Part shown: piece by piece, positions 19,213 to 25,320 of the stretch
How positions within the stretch are numbered: position 1 is the stretch's first letter
Layout: each line of letters opens with the position of its first letter
DNA from: Bacteroidales bacterium
GTDB taxonomy: Bacteria; Bacteroidota; Bacteroidia; Bacteroidales; UBA932
Direction: 5' to 3'
Assembly: GCA_016293535.1 (NCBI GenBank)
Contig: JAEDEB010000002.1
Location: forward strand, 24,724-88,723
Length of the DNA stretch: 64,000 nucleotides
The notes under the pieces: generated by a model
The model's database searches: none
Seen by the model: the letters and a program-made list of their open reading frames with translations, nothing else
Told to the model about the DNA's origin: nothing
Translations under genes and position numbers: made by a program

Positions 19213-22200
19213 AAGTCGGATGTGTTTACTGTCATATATGCCTCTTCCTCAATTACGGACTCATAGGCCGGGAGGAGGGCGGAATAGGCTGCTCGACTGC
19301 CCTGGGGAACGATAATGCGCCCCACCGAAGCATAGCTGAAGGAATTATCCGCGATTGCCGGAGGAACTGCGGAGCGGAAACGTATCAGTTCCATATTGCT
19401 GTCTTCAGACGCGAAGGCCAGGGACCCTATGCTCTCCACGGATGATGGAATATCCAGGCTGGTAAGAGGGCAGCCGTAGAAGGCGCAATCCCCTATCGTC
19501 TTCACGGAAGGTGGCAGAAGCAAGTTCGCAAGAGACCCGTTGGAGAACTGCCAGTCGGAAGGTATGGTTTCAAGACTCTTGAAATACTGCAGGAGGGAAA
19601 GGTCGGATATCGCTTCAAGCGGGACGTATGCCATAGGATCGACATCCGTTACGGTATAGAAGCCTCCATAGCATCCGTCCCAGCTTTCGCCATCGCTGTA
19701 CTGAGTTTCCACAGCCTCTTTGAATTTTTTCTGCTGGACTGAATCTGCAAACTCCACCTTTCGGGCCGCAAGTGCTTTCAAGTCATCACAGTCGGACGGG
19801 ACCCTCCGGCAGAAGAAGGAATCATTGTCCAGCAGAAGGGTCTGGAGACGGCATTCCTCAGGAATGTAGAGAATTCCCGTAGCCGAGCCCCTGAAATCCA
19901 CACGGACTGCATCGAAGGAGGCTTTGAGGAGCAGGTCCCCGCCATTCCCGTTACGGATTGTGACCGAAGGCAGGACCAGGTCCGAACTGAGCCGCCCTAT
20001 GGACGCCGCATCCATGAACAGTTCCTTGACGACATTGGAGCCCAGGGAAATGGAATCTGCGAGAGAAGAAGTGAGGTCTATGGAGCTGACGTCCGGGAAA
20101 TAGCACAGTCCTTCGAGGGATGAGACAGCCGTTCCGGAAAGGTCGAAACCGGCACCGGGTTCATTGGCGGCGTCGAAAAGCACGGAATCCCTGAGGGTCA
20201 AGAGTCCGTCCGAGTTCATATCGCAGTTTGCCAGAAGATATTCCCTGAAGGCGCTGTCCGGAACTGAGAGTTCCTCGTCGACCTCGATGCATTCGAGGGA
20301 GCAGTAATCCGTCTGGAAGGAGTTGTTCCCGTCTGAAACGATGATGGAGACGCTTGCTCCCGTTTCAGGGGTGAAGAAAGTCATAGGAAGCACGGTGGCG
20401 TCCACGGTCACCGACAGAATATCTCCGTCGGCACTGACAGTACGCAGGCTTGCCGGAATCTCGCGTCCTGCCCTTGTGAGCGTGTTCAGAAAATAGGCAG
20501 AGATGAGTTCCGGATGGGAGGCAAGCCCTTCAGCCGTTCCGGAAGGCAGAACCTTGAAGCGCAAGCTTGCAGCAGCGGTATGGTAACGTCCCGCGGTATA
20601 AGTCACCGCTGCACCCTTGCAGCCGGGAACCGGCAACCTTGACATCGACTGTATTCTTGAAAGGAGTTTGTCCACCTCACTGCGGGCATTCACTATACGC
20701 TGCTGTATCGAGGCGAAACGATCATTAAGTGATTTCACTGCGGCTTCAGCCCTGCCGACCCGCGCCGCAATCGTGTCGCGTCTCTCGGCGAAACTGCCGT
20801 TGAAATCATCCAGAGAAGCGTTTACAAGGCTGAGTCTGCTCCGGACTTCCTCTTTGATCCGGCCTTCCGCCTCCTCTATGGCCGCCTGGATTGCGGCATT
20901 GTACTCTTGGCGGAGTTTCTCTTTTCTCACGACCACGGAGTCTCTGAAATCGTTGAGGTTTTCAGTATTGCTCCTGATTGCCTCGACATTGGCTTCCAAA
21001 GCTTCAGCATTCCGGGCAATGAGCGAAGAGGCTTCTGCAATATCCTCGGAGTTCTTCACTATGGACTCGAGACTTTCTGCCAGCCACTTTTCATAGCGGC
21101 TGAGCACTCCGAGACTGTCCTTCATTTCTTCCACCCTGCCGTTCTGTGCATCGGCAAGGGTTTCAAGGGTTTTAACTTCAGGAGAGATGTCTCTGATGAG
21201 AGAATCCACGACAAATATGCGGGCTGCGTTTGCCTCTATGGCGGCTGCGTCAGCATCAATCTGCGCCGCCAGGTCGATAAGAGTCTGCGGGAGAGCCTTC
21301 TCGAAAGCATCGACTTCGTCAAGACTCTTTGCGAGGTCATCAAGGTTTCGGTTGTTTGCCTCCACAAGGGAGTCCAGATGGGAAGACAGGGATTTGACCG
21401 CACTGACCAGGTAGGCCTTCTGGGCCTTGAGGGCTTCATTGAAACGAAACATGGACAAGGAAATCATCTGCTCCACGTCAGTTATGTTGGAATACCCTGT
21501 GAGCTGGTTGTTCACCCATGATTCCATTCCTGCCCTGGATGTCTCGAGCGCAGACTCGAGAGCCTTCTTGTACTCCCCTTCCACCTTTGAGCTGAAGGCC
21601 TTGACGGCAGACTCCATATCCTTACCAAGCTTTTTGATATCATCCTTCAGCTGATTCTCTGCAGCCTCAAGTGAAGCCGGGATAAGAATGTCGACAGCGG
21701 TGTTGAAGCGGGACAGGACTGAACTCACGAGGTTCTCAAGCGTAACGACGGTCTGCTGTACGGAGGACATCACGGCAACCGTGCTGTTGTACTGTTCGAG
21801 CGTTGCGTAAGTTCCCGATGTCCAGTTCTCCGCTTCCGAAAGCGCGTTGTCAGTATATTCCTTCAGCTGGTCAATCCTGTTTCCAAGTGCCGCATCCGAT
21901 TCTCTCAGTTTGGTCAGAAGAGCATTGATATCGGAAATAGCCGTTTCCATTTCCATTTTCTGAGCCTCGATCTGAGCCCGGATGTCACTCTCCATCGAAG
22001 ATATTTCCCCGCTCATTTCCACCGAAAGCTCTTCTATTCGGGCCTCCAGCTCCTTTTCCCTTTCGGAGAGTTCCTCGAGAGCGACGGCAAGTTCGTCTAT
22101 GTAGGCCTCGAGAGCCTGTCTGGTCTGCTCGGCGTCCTCCACGGACACATCCATCATTTCCACCTGACGTGCGAGAGGGTTTATGGTCTGGTCCACAAGG

Positions 22201-22328
22201 GTGTCAAGCTGGTTCCTGATATCCTCGAATCTCTCGTCGAATTCCGTACATGAAGAATTGACAAACAGCGGGACAAAAACGGAAAGCAGTGCGCCAAGGG
22301 TAGCGGAAAGTTTTCTTAAATGTTTCAT
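19209..22328 (-). CDS. Coiled-coil surface lipoprotein, paralogue 2 (1039 aa), with C-terminal leucine-rich-repeat extension
   Basis: Lipobox NSSC followed by TEFDERFED. Residues 1-683 are co-linear with paralogues 1 and 3 (RIDQLKEYTD...WTSGTYATLEQ, LLSRIQSMSRLP, VLPSGTAEGLA, VSDGNN). Residues 684-1039 add a DMNSDGLLT Ca-loop-like motif and BspA-type LRRs (VKTIGDCAFYGCPLTSLDIPSSVESIGSLAF). Confidence 0.75.
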   Translation of the reverse strand: MKHLRKLSATLGALLSVFVPLFVNSSCTEFDERFEDIRNQLDTLVDQTINPLARQVEMMDVSVEDAEQTRQALEAYIDELAVALEELSEREKELEARIEELSVEMSGEISSMESDIRAQIEAQKMEMETAISDINALLTKLRESDAALGNRIDQLKEYTDNALSEAENWTSGTYATLEQYNSTVAVMSSVQQTVVTLENLVSSVLSRFNTAVDILIPASLEAAENQLKDDIKKLGKDMESAVKAFSSKVEGEYKKALESALETSRAGMESWVNNQLTGYSNITDVEQMISLSMFRFNEALKAQKAYLVSAVKSLSSHLDSLVEANNRNLDDLAKSLDEVDAFEKALPQTLIDLAAQIDADAAAIEANAARIFVVDSLIRDISPEVKTLETLADAQNGRVEEMKDSLGVLSRYEKWLAESLESIVKNSEDIAEASSLIARNAEALEANVEAIRSNTENLNDFRDSVVVRKEKLRQEYNAAIQAAIEEAEGRIKEEVRSRLSLVNASLDDFNGSFAERRDTIAARVGRAEAAVKSLNDRFASIQQRIVNARSEVDKLLSRIQSMSRLPVPGCKGAAVTYTAGRYHTAAASLRFKVLPSGTAEGLASHPELISAYFLNTLTRAGREIPASLRTVSADGDILSVTVDATVLPMTFFTPETGASVSIIVSDGNNSFQTDYCSLECIEVDEELSVPDSAFREYLLANCDMNSDGLLTLRDSVLFDAANEPGAGFDLSGTAVSSLEGLCYFPDVSSIDLTSSLADSISLGSNVVKELFMDAASIGRLSSDLVLPSVTIRNGNGGDLLLKASFDAVRVDFRGSATGILYIPEECRLQTLLLDNDSFFCRRVPSDCDDLKALAARKVEFADSVQQKKFKEAVETQYSDGESWDGCYGGFYTVTDVDPMAYVPLEAISDLSLLQYFKSLETIPSDWQFSNGSLANLLLPPSVKTIGDCAFYGCPLTSLDIPSSVESIGSLAFASEDSNMELIRFRSAVPPAIADNSFSYASVGRIIVPQGSRAAYSALLPAYESVIEEEAYMTVNTSDL

Positions 22329-24361
22329 AGACTGCCTCCTTTTCTTGAAACTGCAACTTTCACGAAGGAAGACAGGCGGTTATTGTTCCCGTCGCTTATG
22401 CGAAGGGCGACATTGAAGGATGCTCCGTCCTCAAGAGCCGCCGCTGGCAGGGAAGAGAGCACGCATCCCACCGTAAGTTCGTCTCCGGATGCCGACGCGG
22501 CGCTTGCTGAAAAGATGGTATCAGCTCCGTATCCAGGCATATGGACATACAGGCCAAGGGCTGAAAGATTCTGAGCCAGGGCTTCCGCACATCCGGAAGG
22601 AAGTATCTTGAAATCCATGGACAACACGGCATTTCCATCCTCGGAGCACTCAAGAACATGGACCCCATCACTGTAGACCGGGAGGTAAACGACAGACTGT
22701 ATCCTGGCAAGAAGTTGCTCCAAGGCGGCCTCAATGTTCGCAAGATCCGCGAGCATAGCCTCGAGCTCGGCCACATCGGCTTCAAGGTCATCCAGAGTCG
22801 AGGACATGGAATCAAGGCGGTCGCTGATGTCATCCATATCTCCCTTGAACTGCTGTTCAAGATCGGCCACTGCATCGTCTGCATTTCCCTCCGACTCGCG
22901 TATTCCGTCTGCAATCGCCTTTTTGAAGGCAGCCTCTATCCTGAGACTCACCGCATCAAGGCTGTCGCGAAGACTGGCAGCCGCCCTTGCATTGGCAGCA
23001 ATGGCCTCTGCCTGCCTGTGTATCTGGGCGGCATTCGCGGCAATGAGTTTGTCCTGGTCAGCTATGTTCCCGGTGTTGGTATTGATTGAATCGAGCAGAA
23101 CCCGGTACCCGGCCAAGAGGTTCTCGGCATTCCCGACCGCATTCCCGTGGCGGGTCATGAGTTCGTCAAGAGCTGAGTCGTTGCTCTCAAGGGCAGTCCT
23201 GTTGTCTTCCACAAGCTTCTTCATCGAGGAGAGGTCATTCTCGCAGCCGGAAATTGCCAGGGAGTTTGCCTTTATGAGAAGTGAGTTTGCATTGATTCGG
23301 CTTGTATAGTACAGAAGGCTGTCATATTCCTTTTTCTTAGCCTCCTCCAGAGGCTCCACCCTCGATTCGAGATCGGCGACAAGTACAAGATTGTTCTCTA
23401 TGGAAAGCTCAAGAGTGCTGCCCAGACTGTTGATATGGCTGATAAGAACAGTCTTCTGTTCGTCTATTGCCACCTCCATCGCCAGGTTGAGAGAATCCAG
23501 CTTGGCCTGTATCTCCCAAGTGCGATAATAGGATTCCAGACGGACTCCCACCCAGACCATGAGGGATTTCTCGGACTCAGCTATGCTCGCAGCGAGTGTT
23601 GTCTCATAGGCGAGTCTTATCCTCTCGCCGGCCTCCCTGAGTGAGGCATTGAGACTTTCCATGGTCGCTTTGATTTCATCACCTACCCCGTCTTTCATCT
23701 TTTCAATATCCTTGAGGGCAGCTTCAATGCAGCTTGTAAGCCTGCTGTCAAGGCTCTGGGCGGCCTGCTTCGAACTCTCTGCAGCAAGTTTGACTGCATT
23801 GACATCCTCCGCCGCAGCAGCCATCTGTTCAAGAGTGGCGAAGGTGGCCGCAGTCCAATCCCTGTATGAACCAAGCTCACCGTCTATGTACTCTTTCATG
23901 GAATCTATCCTTTCTGAAAGAGCCTTGTCAGTTTCCTCAAGTTTTGCAATGGACTTGTTGATAGACTCCAGATCCTTGTCAATTATTGACTCGACCAGTT
24001 CAAGCCTGTAAACGAGATCGGCCCGGACAGCATCAAGCCTGCCAGCAAAACCATCCTTGACCGAAGCTATCCCGGCCTCAAGTTCATCTGCCTTCTCCTG
24101 CAGGGCAAGGGCTTCCTTCTCGATGGCCGCCCTGTAGGTTTCCGCATCGGAGATAATCTTATGGAAAGACTCTGCAGAGGCTTCAATGGCAGCTCTCTGC
24201 TCCTCAAGCGAGGCAATATCCTCGCTCTTGAGGTCATCCACCTCCTTCTGAAGTTGATCGACCTCCTTCTCGGCAATGTCACAAGCGACGGCGCAAGGCA
24301 GCAGAAAAGCCAACACGGCGCTGTAAGATAGACATCGCACGCGGGAAAAAGAATAAAACAT
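22325..24361 (-). CDS. Coiled-coil surface lipoprotein, paralogue 1 (678 aa)
   Basis: Lipobox AVAC followed by DIAEKEVD. Long heptad-like region with RIDSMKEYID...WTAATFATLEQ. C-terminal domain with LLARIQSVVYLPVYSDG, ILPSGCAEALA and RISDGNN. First gene of the operon. Confidence 0.75.
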   Translation of the reverse strand: MFYSFSRVRCLSYSAVLAFLLPCAVACDIAEKEVDQLQKEVDDLKSEDIASLEEQRAAIEASAESFHKIISDAETYRAAIEKEALALQEKADELEAGIASVKDGFAGRLDAVRADLVYRLELVESIIDKDLESINKSIAKLEETDKALSERIDSMKEYIDGELGSYRDWTAATFATLEQMAAAAEDVNAVKLAAESSKQAAQSLDSRLTSCIEAALKDIEKMKDGVGDEIKATMESLNASLREAGERIRLAYETTLAASIAESEKSLMVWVGVRLESYYRTWEIQAKLDSLNLAMEVAIDEQKTVLISHINSLGSTLELSIENNLVLVADLESRVEPLEEAKKKEYDSLLYYTSRINANSLLIKANSLAISGCENDLSSMKKLVEDNRTALESNDSALDELMTRHGNAVGNAENLLAGYRVLLDSINTNTGNIADQDKLIAANAAQIHRQAEAIAANARAAASLRDSLDAVSLRIEAAFKKAIADGIRESEGNADDAVADLEQQFKGDMDDISDRLDSMSSTLDDLEADVAELEAMLADLANIEAALEQLLARIQSVVYLPVYSDGVHVLECSEDGNAVLSMDFKILPSGCAEALAQNLSALGLYVHMPGYGADTIFSASAASASGDELTVGCVLSSLPAAALEDGASFNVALRISDGNNNRLSSFVKVAVSRKGGSL

Positions 24362-24416
24362 ATCCTACTTGCTGGAAAATCCTATGTTGTGTGTAAAAGT
24401 AAGCAACAAATCCTGA

Positions 24417-24424
24417 CAAAAGTA
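24417..24424 (-). promoter_or_regulatory. Candidate -7 promoter box TACTTTTG for the coiled-coil operon
   Basis: The minus strand reads TTTTTTTT-TACTTTTG. The box matches TAnnTTTG about 55 nt upstream of the ATG at 24361, inside the 74-nt gap after ribF. Confidence 0.4.
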
Positions 24425-24435
24425 AAAAAAATTGC

Positions 24436-25320
24436 CTATCCAATAATGGACAGGCAAGATTCTTTATCTAAGGCAAGCTGGATGGAGAGTTCCCTGAGGT
24501 CCGCGAAACGACGCTCATCCCTGATTTTTCTCAGGAAGGTAAGCCGCATCGGAAGGCCGTAGATTTCTTCATCAAAGTCGAATATATTGGTCTCTATGGT
24601 CCTGGAGTTGGTCGTCCCTACCGTCGGTTTCACACCTATGTTGCACATCCCGTAACGCTGTTTTCCGGCAGTTTCCACCCTGACCAGATACACCCCGTCT
24701 GAAGGGACCAGCTTGAGGGGTTCATACAGGCTCATATTCGCCGTAGGGAAGCCCAGAGTGCGGCCAAGTCGGTTACCGGCAACCACAACCCCATAGAGGC
24801 TGTAGTCATAGCCGAGCATTGCGGCGGCCTGTTCCATGTCCCCGACCTCGAGGGCTGTGCGTATCTTGGTGGAACTGACTGCATAACCTGCATTCGAGGA
24901 GACGAGAGGGGCCTGTATGACATCCAGTCCGAGGCTTGAGGCCACCGCCACAAGATCCTCCGGACTGCTGCAGTCCGAGCCCATACGGTTGTCGTAACCC
25001 AGGAGCACGGCTGTTCCTGAACACAAGCCCATCACGTATTCCCTGAGGAAAGCCTCCATAGTCAGGGCTGCGAATTCCCTTGTGAAATCCAGGACTTCCA
25101 CCCTGTCGACTCCCAGGGACAGGAGCATCTCCTTCTTCTCCGTGAGAGATGACAGCAGGCGCAGCCCTCGCGCATCCTTGCGGAGCACCATGCGCGGATG
25201 AGGCCAGAAAGTGATTACCGCACTCTCTTCTCCACGGGTCTTGGCGCTTGCTACCAGTTGCCCGATTACTTCGCGGTGTCCCAGATGGACACCGTCGAAG
25301 AATCCGGTGGCTACAACCAT
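24436..25320 (-). CDS. ribF: Bifunctional riboflavin kinase / FMN adenylyltransferase
   Basis: 294 aa. N-terminal GFFDGVHLGH nucleotidyltransferase motif and C-terminal riboflavin kinase motif GFPTANM. Confidence 0.9.
   Translation of the reverse strand: MVVATGFFDGVHLGHREVIGQLVASAKTRGEESAVITFWPHPRMVLRKDARGLRLLSSLTEKKEMLLSLGVDRVEVLDFTREFAALTMEAFLREYVMGLCSGTAVLLGYDNRMGSDCSSPEDLVAVASSLGLDVIQAPLVSSNAGYAVSSTKIRTALEVGDMEQAAAMLGYDYSLYGVVVAGNRLGRTLGFPTANMSLYEPLKLVPSDGVYLVRVETAGKQRYGMCNIGVKPTVGTTNSRTIETNIFDFDEEIYGLPMRLTFLRKIRDERRFADLRELSIQLALDKESCLSIIG

Noticed and set aside
17179-24361. Idea that the three paralogous helical proteins form a tripartite alpha-helical pore-forming toxin (Hbl/Nhe/AhlABC-like)
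   Set aside because: All three carry lipoprotein signals with a lipobox Cys. They are about twice the size of ClyA-family components, and I see no hydrophobic beta-tongue or TM hairpin in the helical regions. A structural fibre fits better. HHpred against ClyA/Hbl would settle it.
14516-24435. Coiled-coil operon as a mobile or horizontally acquired island, or under an invertible (recombinase-flipped) promoter
   Set aside because: No integrase, transposase, tRNA or flanking direct repeats are present, and composition shows no shift by eye. The upstream gap is only 74 nt with no inverted repeats and no nearby tyrosine recombinase.
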